Source: Escherichia phage QL01. Taken from it: a DNA stretch of 64,000 bases. Below, piece by piece: positions 35,948 through 43,687 of this stretch. A model generated the notes under the pieces. It was not told the DNA's origin, did no database searches, and was given only the letters and a program-made list of their open reading frames with translations. The DNA lies in the sequence record NC_028847.1. One strand, written 5' to 3'. Made by a program: the position numbers and the translations under genes. The first letter of the stretch is position 1; the number at the start of each line of letters is the position of its first letter.

Positions 35948-36412
35948 TTATTTGATTTGTTTAGCAGACCAGATACGGTCTTTGATGATTTTCTGAATAT
36001 CTTCAACATACTCTAAGTCGTGAGCATGTGGATTATCTTTGAAGCTATGTGCTCGTGCCAGTTTCTGGCCTTCTGTTTTGATTACTAAAAGCTCTTTAAG
36101 AATTGCTTCATACTTAGAAATAATTCCTTTGGCGATATTTTTTTCTTGAGCGGCTTTAGGGTCCGCTTTTGACGCAGGTGCTTTACCTGTAGCTTTCTGG
36201 AACAATTCACCTGAGGCAGCTAGGCTTTTAAAAACTCGGCTAACAGTATTGGCATTAGTAAAACCTTCGGCTTTAAAATCTTTAATAAAACGGAAACGTT
36301 CTTCATCAGAGGCGTCTTTGTAAGAATATTTACCTGCTTGAATTGCTGCAATCGCAGCGGCTTTTACATCTGAACTAGATTGTTCAGTCAAAAATTCATT
36401 GTAAGTTTTCAT
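35948..36412 (-). CDS. internal protein with capsid-targeting sequence
   Basis: Begins MKTYNEFLTEQS; 154 aa, Lys/Ala-rich. Confidence 0.65.
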   Translation of the reverse strand: MKTYNEFLTEQSSSDVKAAAIAAIQAGKYSYKDASDEERFRFIKDFKAEGFTNANTVSRVFKSLAASGELFQKATGKAPASKADPKAAQEKNIAKGIISKYEAILKELLVIKTEGQKLARAHSFKDNPHAHDLEYVEDIQKIIKDRIWSAKQIK

Positions 36413-36438
36413 ATTATTTCCTAAGTTAGTTTACTACA

Positions 36439-36446
36439 TATTTATA
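36439..36446 (-). promoter_or_regulatory. late promoter TATAAATA upstream of internal-protein gene
   Basis: Plus-strand tatttata 36439-36446, ~27 nt upstream of ATG 36412. Confidence 0.5.
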
Positions 36447-36447
36447 C

Positions 36448-36478
36448 AAAAAAAGCCCAACCTTTCGGAAGGGCCTTT
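36448..36478 (-). terminator. intrinsic terminator closing the tRNA/ncRNA transcription unit
   Basis: Plus-strand aaaaaaagcccaacctttcggaagggcct; near-duplicate of hairpin at 35316-35345; U7 on minus transcript. Confidence 0.55.
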
Positions 36479-36857
36479 AACCTAGGGTAACCTTGTCGGG
36501 GTTCCACCTGCTAGGCAAGTGTTTGTACGAAACGCCGGGATTCGAACCCGGTTATTAAGTAGTTGACGCCACTCAATATTTTTAAAAGGCCATATCTCGA
36601 CCATATCCGAACGTTCCGTCAAAAACGCTACTCGGCTTACGGCAAAGATATTTCCTCGAATCGATAATTCGGTGCGCCGTTTCTGCTGTGATGTAAGGGG
36701 ACGTTAACAGATCGTAAAGATTTGTTAATGCCAGTCCTTACTCAGGGAACATCAGTCCGACGACTTACCGGTAGCGACCCGGTTTCTTGTTTGTTGCGCC
36801 GGTGAATGCTGGTAATCAGTCTTCATACGACGGCTTGACTATATAATAGTCTTCATT
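36479..36857 (-). ncRNA. structured non-coding region downstream of tRNA-Arg; contains tRNA-like T-arm CCGGG-TTCGAAT-CCCGG (36535-36551); possible counterpart of T4 small stable RNAs
   Basis: No ORF on minus strand; multiple stem-loops (e.g. GACTAT-TAT-ATAGTC); T-arm consensus without a complete cloverleaf. Confidence 0.35.
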
Positions 36858-36932
36858 TGGTATCCCGCCCTGGGATCGAACCAGGACCGCAAACTTAGAA
36901 GGATCGTATGCTATCCATTACACCAGCGGGAC
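36858..36932 (-). tRNA. tRNA-Arg (anticodon TCT), CCA encoded
   Basis: Minus strand GTCCCGC...anticodon loop CTTCTAA...T-arm CCTGG-TTCGATC-CCAGG...GCGGGAT-A-CCA; 7-bp acceptor stem with one G-U. Confidence 0.8.
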
Positions 36933-36937
36933 GTAGT

Positions 36938-37014
36938 TGGTGACCCAGACCAGATTTGAACTGGTAACCTTTCCCTTATGAGGGGACTGCTGCTAACCAT
37001 TGAGCTACAGGGCC
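36938..37014 (-). tRNA. tRNA with CAT anticodon (Met or lysidine-type Ile), CCA encoded
   Basis: Minus strand GGCCCTG TAGCTCAATGG...anticodon loop CTCATAA...T-arm ACCAG-TTCAAAT-CTGGT...CTGGGTC-A-CCA; one U-U mismatch in acceptor stem. Confidence 0.7.
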
Positions 37015-37019
37015 TTAAA

Positions 37020-37292
37020 TCAAACTACAAATCCAGCAGGAGCATTATCATCTTTAGCCATGTGCTGAATTGTATGATAAGTCATTTCTTCAGGAGCAAC
37101 CAGATAAGCCGCAGCGTTAACTAGTGGAATTATTTTTGGTTTGGCGAATGTGCTATCGGCAATTGCCATAAAGGGCTCGCCATCAGTCTCAACTTCGCCA
37201 AATTGACATTCATATGAAATAGAACAACGTTTGGTAGTTGTTGTCTTGGTTTCTGGGTCGTAAAAAGCTAATTTTAATACTAACATAAACAC
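37020..37292 (-). CDS. hypothetical protein
   Basis: 90-aa ORF ending 5 nt before the tRNA cluster. Confidence 0.4.
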   Translation of the reverse strand: MFMLVLKLAFYDPETKTTTTKRCSISYECQFGEVETDGEPFMAIADSTFAKPKIIPLVNAAAYLVAPEEMTYHTIQHMAKDDNAPAGFVV

Positions 37293-37460
37293 CTCAAATA
37301 AAATTAAGTAAAGTAAGTTTGATTAATAGACCTTGTCTATTATGAAAGGTTCTTTGAGGGAAGAACCTTTGGTAATAGAGGGTATTAATGATAGAGTAAT
37401 AATAACACATTACTCTTAAAGCATATTACTATTTTTAGGAATAGTCTGGTCAAATTTGAT
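37293..37460 (-). promoter_or_regulatory. 168-nt non-coding spacer with three inverted repeats (10-bp AAAGGTTCTT/AAGAACCTTT; 8-bp AGAGTAAT/ATTACTCT; TAGAC/GTCTA)
   Basis: No ORF; perfect IRs at ~37355-37380 and ~37395-37420. Confidence 0.3.
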
Positions 37461-37751
37461 TCATTGTGGCCACATATTAATGTAATCAAGTTTAATAGAA
37501 GCAATCTTCAAAGGATTTTTAAAGATGTCGTATTCGACCAACCCGTTTTCAGTTGCGGTGTAGAAAGTAAAGTTAACAGAATTATAACGGCGACCATTAA
37601 CTTTTAGTTTAACGTCGCTTGAACTACGACCAATATTAACCTGTTGGACATCAAGCACAGCACCTTTGCCAAAGTTGCGAATCAGTAGCTCTGCTGCAAC
37701 CTGGTCTGAATTATAGCCATTCTCTGGATTAGTAACCTTAACGTATAGCAT
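37461..37751 (-). CDS. hypothetical protein
   Basis: 96-aa ORF. Confidence 0.4.
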   Translation of the reverse strand: MLYVKVTNPENGYNSDQVAAELLIRNFGKGAVLDVQQVNIGRSSSDVKLKVNGRRYNSVNFTFYTATENGLVEYDIFKNPLKIASIKLDYINMWPQ

Positions 37752-38159
37752 TTAACCCTCGTCTACAATAGTATGGGTATTAGCATTAACAATCTGCCAC
37801 CAGTCACAGTCAAAACGATTAGAACCGTAACGAGGCTTTTTCTCATTTTCGTTAATAATATCACGTAGTTCGTCTTCAGAAAATGCTTTAGCGATTAAAT
37901 CGGTATAGCCGCCACGTGGATAATAGTTATCACCTGCGAACAGAAGGAAATTTACTTTACCAGAAGGAACATATGCTTCCTTAGGATACTTGTTTCCTGC
38001 TTGGTCTACCACTTCAATATAACGGTAAGGAATATCGGTACTTTCAACCCATTGCCAAGCTGCAGCAGGGGATTCAAAAGCATCTACACCTAAACGGTTA
38101 TCTTCATCTTTAGACGGATTATTTTCATAATCCGCATATACATAATATTCAATGTTCAT
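37752..38159 (-). CDS. hypothetical protein
   Basis: 135-aa ORF, abuts upstream ORF. Confidence 0.4.
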   Translation of the reverse strand: MNIEYYVYADYENNPSKDEDNRLGVDAFESPAAAWQWVESTDIPYRYIEVVDQAGNKYPKEAYVPSGKVNFLLFAGDNYYPRGGYTDLIAKAFSEDELRDIINENEKKPRYGSNRFDCDWWQIVNANTHTIVDEG

Positions 38160-38356
38160 TATTCACCTTTAGAGATTTTATCCATAACGAAAGAAATTGA
38201 ACCAATTAAGAATGCCACTACTAAAGAGATTATATTCTCGGAAGTTGAAAGCATATCGAGCATGAATCCTGCAAACATACTAAAGCCAAAAGCAGTAACA
38301 GCGGCCAGTGCAGTAACATTTCTAATTAATTCACAACGTTTCATTTTATTCTCCAA
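38159..38356 (-). CDS. hypothetical small membrane protein
   Basis: 65 aa with two hydrophobic segments; preceded by promoter cassette. Confidence 0.4.
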   Translation of the reverse strand: MENKMKRCELIRNVTALAAVTAFGFSMFAGFMLDMLSTSENIISLVVAFLIGSISFVMDKISKGE

Positions 38357-38410
38357 TCACTCATTTGTTTTGATAGGGCTATAGTACCATCACTAAAGCC
38401 CGTTGTAAAC
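38357..38410 (-). promoter_or_regulatory. PeSL-like early promoter cassette (core variant ttgatagggctatagtacca with compensating partner arm)
   Basis: Core 38370-38389; gtaaac 38405-38410. Confidence 0.55.
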
Positions 38411-38412
38411 AA

Positions 38413-38685
38413 TTATTTTAAATAAATTGCATATTTTTTATAACCAGCCGTCTCGTGGCGCAGCCCTTTTTCATTAGCAAAACGTTCAATATTGTTAATT
38501 TGATTCTGGTCGAGTTCTGAAGTATCAAATACAAAAAAGTTTCGCTTATTGCCTAAAGTTACGTGATTAGTCAAATCGATGTTATAGAGATGATTTATAT
38601 TATCAATCATGGTCTTAACAGATTTGTTAATTTTTACTTCTTCATTAAGAATAGATTCAGCGATAAATTCTTGGTATGATTTCAT
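38413..38685 (-). CDS. internal protein with capsid-targeting sequence
   Basis: Begins MKSYQEFIAESI; 90 aa. Confidence 0.6.
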   Translation of the reverse strand: MKSYQEFIAESILNEEVKINKSVKTMIDNINHLYNIDLTNHVTLGNKRNFFVFDTSELDQNQINNIERFANEKGLRHETAGYKKYAIYLK

Positions 38686-38686
38686 T

Positions 38687-38911
38687 TTATTCAGCGCCAG
38701 CGGCTTTCAAAAGTTTTTTAAGATTGGCTATGCCGCCAGCAGAAAACGTGACCTTGCCACCTTTTTCATTGATAGAGCCAGTCAATTTAGCAAGCTTATC
38801 ACTAGGGACTTTTTTAAAATCAGCCAGTGTGCCATCAAAGGTTTTTGTAACAATTGGCAGTTCATCTTCATGTCTTTTAGCTTCGGTGATAAATTCTTGA
38901 TAAGTTTTCAT
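38687..38911 (-). CDS. internal protein with capsid-targeting sequence
   Basis: Begins MKTYQEFITEAK; 74 aa. Confidence 0.6.
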   Translation of the reverse strand: MKTYQEFITEAKRHEDELPIVTKTFDGTLADFKKVPSDKLAKLTGSINEKGGKVTFSAGGIANLKKLLKAAGAE

Positions 38912-38977
38912 TTTGATTTCCGTTTGGTTAGTTTGTTTTGATAGGTCTATAGTATCATGCCTATAGACCTTGTAAAC
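38912..38977 (-). promoter_or_regulatory. PeSL-like early promoter cassette (core; IR AGGTCTATAG/CTATAGACCT)
   Basis: Core 38938-38957; gtaaac 38972-38977. Confidence 0.6.
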
Positions 38978-38988
38978 AACTTTTTAAA

Positions 38989-39681
<693 letters not shown>

Positions 39682-39689
<8 letters not shown>

Positions 39690-40443
39690 TTTTATTTCCT
39701 AATAATTTATCAATAGTGGTGTATAGTTCAGAAAGAGTGCCGTTATTTTCAACAACAACGTCACCAGGTAAAATTGGTAGACCCGCTTCAGTGATGTGCG
39801 AGTCTTGTACTTGACCGGTTTCAGCGCGAACTACATGAATAATCGTAGCACCCATCGCTCTGAGCGAATCAATTTCGTGTGTTTGACGAACATCAGGTAC
39901 GACATAGTATTTCGCATCAGAGTATATTTTATCAAAATAGTCTAAAGCGAACAACTTAACCCAATACATCTTATCAAATTGGTTAACAATAATATCAGTC
40001 CCAAGGGTCTGCATGAGACGACGTACTGACCAATTGTTATTTTTATTTATTACTTCAAACAGTTGGTCTTTTGTTTCTTCAGACAGATACTGGACTGGGG
40101 TAAGACCATAATGATATGCGGTACGAACATCCATTCCTGGAATAGGAAGGATATTATTCAGTTTGACAATAGCATTTTCAAAGATATCAATCACATCATA
40201 TGGTTTTAAAGGAATGATTTCTTCACGGTCGTAACCGATACCTTCAAAACAGTTAAAATCTAGTTTAGGCATGTAACTACGGTCGAATACAGGGTCATCA
40301 GAGATGTATTCATAGGCTTCAGCCAGATACTTTTTAATAGGACCTGCGAGCTGAAATTTTACCGAATCCATATTTTCGATTACATAGTTAGCAACGGTAT
40401 CCTTACCGCTACGTTTGATTCCTACAATTGATATTAGTTTCAT
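39682..40443 (-). CDS. 1: deoxynucleoside monophosphate kinase gp1
   Basis: N-terminal P-loop GIKRSGKDT; ...WSVRRLMQTLGTDIIVNQFDKMYWVKLFALDY... colinear with T4 gp1. Confidence 0.92.
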
Positions 40444-41033
40444 TATTTTCTCATAGATGGATGCATAGACATACGAGCCACTCGTTGTTCGGCATACGAA
40501 TCAATTTGTGGACGACCTGTAACTATTGTACCATCTATTTCTACAGCAAACGATTTGAAGTTGAATGTTGCTGTGGCGATAATCGCCGGGTCAGAATCCT
40601 CTTTATAAGAGTACTGGATTTCCGAGAGGTCGGATGGCCAACCATCGTAGTAATGAATGCTCATTACGATTTTCTGTTTGTTATTATCAAGGATGTGGAG
40701 GGTGATAGCTTCCGGTTGACCTTTAGGATGCCAGGCTTCTGAATCATGGGTTACATAGTTGTTTAATGACAACATCCACTTATAAACGTCAAGCCACGAT
40801 TTCAATTCACGGTCCACAAGAAAGTTCACAATCAATGGGTCGAATTCTACAGTAGAACCTGGCAGCTTAGCACGATGTATGCCCTGGGTCGATCCTGGGA
40901 CGTCTGAGACCGGAATATGGATACCCGGTAGTGTTACATCTTGTACGTTCAATTTGAATGCCTGTGTCATTCCTGCGTCACTAACCTCTAAGATAAAGTT
41001 AGTAGTGTTAGTTTGGTTAAATAAACCGTTCAT
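40443..41033 (-). CDS. 3: tail tube terminator / sheath stabiliser gp3
   Basis: 196 aa; position between 1 and 2 as in T4. Confidence 0.75.
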   Translation of the reverse strand: MNGLFNQTNTTNFILEVSDAGMTQAFKLNVQDVTLPGIHIPVSDVPGSTQGIHRAKLPGSTVEFDPLIVNFLVDRELKSWLDVYKWMLSLNNYVTHDSEAWHPKGQPEAITLHILDNNKQKIVMSIHYYDGWPSDLSEIQYSYKEDSDPAIIATATFNFKSFAVEIDGTIVTGRPQIDSYAEQRVARMSMHPSMRK

Positions 41034-41115
41034 AGGGTTCCTATATTGCTTAAGTCCCAGACAGTGTATAATGGTCCTAGGTCTGTTCCATTCAATAACT
41101 GGCTGGGATAATAGA

Positions 41116-41766
41116 TTATTTTATAAATTCACGTAGTCTTACTGGTGTCATAAAAGGCCATTTGGCTATAGTTGGTTTTATCCAGTATCTTTCGTGGCAT
41201 GTAGCTTTAAATGCCCGAACCATATCCTTGGCCTCTTCTATAGTATCCACACCAAATTGTTCACAAGTTTCCTTTCTGGCTTTATCCCATCTCCGTTTAG
41301 AAAGCTCCGCTTGGAGTTCTTTATTGGCAAAACGGCCATTATTCCTATCATGAGTGGTTCCTTTTGTAGGACTCCATCCTCGTCCCTTTACAAATCCTTC
41401 AGGAATCGGTTCACCCGGAAACAGCTTAATACACTTCTTGCCATTATTATAATAAACCTTTCCTGTTTGGGTTGCTGTGATATTCTCAGAGTGCTTACGT
41501 TTAAGCCAGCCGTAAAGCTTATTAGAACGACGAGGGCCTTGAGTCATTGTCATAGCTGCAAAAGTTAGACCAGGATGTCCTGGATGCATTTTAACTAATA
41601 GTTGATGTGCTAAATAATGTTCTTCAGGAGTTAAATCAACTAAGTTTGTAGATTCATCACCTCCACCCATACATCTAGGTAAAATATGATGAGATTCGGT
41701 ATAACAGGATAGTGCTCGTCCTTGAGCACGTGTAATTAATGAAGAATATATTTTCTGGTAATTCAT
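41116..41766 (-). CDS. HNH family homing endonuclease, free-standing between genes 2 and 3
   Basis: HNH motif ESHHILPRCMGGGDESTNLVDLTPEEHYLAH; C-terminal basic NNGKKCIKLFPGEPIPEGFVKGRG module; ATG overlaps gene 2 stop (TAATG). Confidence 0.75.
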   Translation of the reverse strand: MNYQKIYSSLITRAQGRALSCYTESHHILPRCMGGGDESTNLVDLTPEEHYLAHQLLVKMHPGHPGLTFAAMTMTQGPRRSNKLYGWLKRKHSENITATQTGKVYYNNGKKCIKLFPGEPIPEGFVKGRGWSPTKGTTHDRNNGRFANKELQAELSKRRWDKARKETCEQFGVDTIEEAKDMVRAFKATCHERYWIKPTIAKWPFMTPVRLREFIK

Positions 41767-42602
41767 TATGCCTTCTTCCAAACTTTCTGAGCTGAATAAC
41801 GCTTACCTTTCGATACAAATTGCTGAAGTGGTAATCCTATTACATTAGCCCAATCAGATGGTTTTATCTCTACTAAAGGTCCCTTAATATTTCCAGGGAT
41901 ATAAGCCTTAATCATCACGTCGGCGCCAGCGAATCCTTTTACCTTACTCCAATCGATTTTTAATTTAGTCGAGTTCGTAATGGTAGGCGTACTCGCGTAT
42001 TGCTTCAGCAATTCTTCCAGAAATTGCTGACGTGCTTTAGGTGGAATATAGTGTAAGTTCAGTCCGTACATTAAATTATGCTTACCTAACCCAAGATAAA
42101 TTATTAAAGGATATTTGTCCCAGTATGGTAGGGTATCCTTATGTTTGGCATCATAGATATAAGCATAAAGCTTACCAGGAGACGGTTTAGATACCTGGTG
42201 TCCACGAATTCCTTTCTTTAATGTTTCTGTAAACCATTTAGCTGATTTATTGTTTACGGCAGCGCCTTCGTTAGCAATCTTATCGCGAATACTCTTTCTA
42301 AAACTATTCACCAAAATTAATTGACGTTCGGCTTTGGTTAATTTATTGCCAGGTTTCTTCTGAAGTTTTTCAACCTGTACAGCAGTTTTAATTCGACTCG
42401 AGTATCGAGACATCGCAGATGTAAAGCTAGAATACTTGATGCCTTTATCTTCAGCGAATTTCTTAGCCGAAACACCTTTAGCCTTAGCGTTGGCATATTC
42501 AACGCCTAAAGTTATCCATTGTTGTTCTGAACGAGTAGGCTTGGAACCTTTTGTAGTTTCAGTAGCCTCGTTGATGTAAGAAAATATACTCATCCTTTCC
42601 AT
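41766..42602 (-). CDS. 2: DNA end protector gp2
   Basis: 278 aa, T4 gp2-like length and position. Confidence 0.8.
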   Translation of the reverse strand: MERMSIFSYINEATETTKGSKPTRSEQQWITLGVEYANAKAKGVSAKKFAEDKGIKYSSFTSAMSRYSSRIKTAVQVEKLQKKPGNKLTKAERQLILVNSFRKSIRDKIANEGAAVNNKSAKWFTETLKKGIRGHQVSKPSPGKLYAYIYDAKHKDTLPYWDKYPLIIYLGLGKHNLMYGLNLHYIPPKARQQFLEELLKQYASTPTITNSTKLKIDWSKVKGFAGADVMIKAYIPGNIKGPLVEIKPSDWANVIGLPLQQFVSKGKRYSAQKVWKKA

Positions 42603-43039
42603 CCTAATTTTTTCAGTGAGTTTTCGGTAATCAATCTGAAATTAATTCCCATTTTATCTGCTGTAGCTTTAGCAGCTTTCCATTTATCTTTATTTACACT
42701 CCATGTATAATGTTCGTTGATATATCTCTTTTTAGCAGCTGTAGTCATTTTAGCAGGCGCCGCTGGAGGATGGGTCTCTTTAAAAGGTTTGACTTCGAAA
42801 AAGAATTGTTGACCATTGTCGAACTTCACCCAGAAGTCCATAAAATACCGACGTTTCTTTCCATCAGCGTTACTAAAATATGGAATCACAACCTCTTCCG
42901 AGTTCCACTGGACGACATTAGGATGGTTGTCAAGCCAACGCATAAGCCATGCTTCCCAAGAGGAACGATATTGGATTTTCTTCCAATCACCTTTATATTT
43001 TTGTAAGTTTGTAGGTTTAAATTTCCCTGAGTAGGCCAT
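42590..43039 (-). CDS. 4: head completion protein gp4
   Basis: 149 aa; divergent from gene 53 across a shared late-promoter region as in T4. Confidence 0.8.
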   Translation of the reverse strand: MAYSGKFKPTNLQKYKGDWKKIQYRSSWEAWLMRWLDNHPNVVQWNSEEVVIPYFSNADGKKRRYFMDFWVKFDNGQQFFFEVKPFKETHPPAAPAKMTTAAKKRYINEHYTWSVNKDKWKAAKATADKMGINFRLITENSLKKLGWKG

Positions 43040-43049
43040 AGTGCCTCCT

Positions 43050-43057
43050 TATAAATA
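43050..43057 (+). promoter_or_regulatory. late promoter TATAAATA for gene 53
   Basis: Exact T4 late consensus; 27 nt upstream of ATG 43085. Confidence 0.6.
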
Positions 43058-43064
43058 TTAATAT

Positions 43065-43072
43065 TATTTATA
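43065..43072 (-). promoter_or_regulatory. late promoter TATAAATA for gene 4
   Basis: Plus-strand tatttata; exact consensus on minus strand. Confidence 0.6.
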
Positions 43073-43084
43073 CTCGGAGGCACT

Positions 43085-43687
43085 ATGCTCTTCTCATTTT
43101 TCGATCCTATAAATTACGAATCAAAAACAGTCAAGCCAGATTCCGGCTCATTAACTGATGCCGATGTACTGAGCGTACCGATGACTGATATATTTAGAAA
43201 CTATAAAGAATATTTTGATAAAGTGGCTAAAAATTATACACTTAAAACATATTATATCAGTGGGGCCCCTCGTCCAGAAGAATTAGCCCATCAACTTTAT
43301 GGTAACGTGCAATTATATTGGGTTTTATTGATGTGTAATAACGTATATGACCCTTATTACGGCTGGATTACAGGCCAAGAATCTGCGTATCAAGCAGCTA
43401 TTCAACGTTATGCTACTGCAGGCGGAAACCAAGTCCTTTATCATGTCAATGAAAAGGGTGAGAAATTCTGGAATCTAGTAAATACTCCGGAAAATCCTTA
43501 TACTTGGTACGATAAAGGTGATACAGAAAAACGTTATCCTCAATATGAAGGTCCTTTGGCTGCAGTAGATATTTACGAGGACGCCATTCGTAAAAATGAA
43601 TATAAGCGCGAAATAAAGATTATAGACCCTAATGACATCGAGTCCTTTGTTTCCGCTTTAATTAGAGAAATGGAGAAAGCCCTCTAA
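43085..43687 (+). CDS. 53: baseplate wedge protein gp53
   Basis: 200 aa; first gene of plus-strand late module. Confidence 0.85.
   Translation: MLFSFFDPINYESKTVKPDSGSLTDADVLSVPMTDIFRNYKEYFDKVAKNYTLKTYYISGAPRPEELAHQLYGNVQLYWVLLMCNNVYDPYYGWITGQESAYQAAIQRYATAGGNQVLYHVNEKGEKFWNLVNTPENPYTWYDKGDTEKRYPQYEGPLAAVDIYEDAIRKNEYKREIKIIDPNDIESFVSALIREMEKAL

Noticed and set aside
36535-36551. Possible third tRNA gene suggested by a consensus T-arm
   Set aside because: No acceptor-stem partner or anticodon arm could be built around it; treated as part of a structured non-coding RNA or a decayed tRNA.
15285-38977. Repeated 20-bp core elements considered as a CRISPR array or generic dispersed repeat
   Set aside because: Copies are 0.5-5 kb apart with irregular spacing, each sits immediately upstream of a gene start with -35/-10/SD geometry, and there are no cas genes; they are promoter cassettes.
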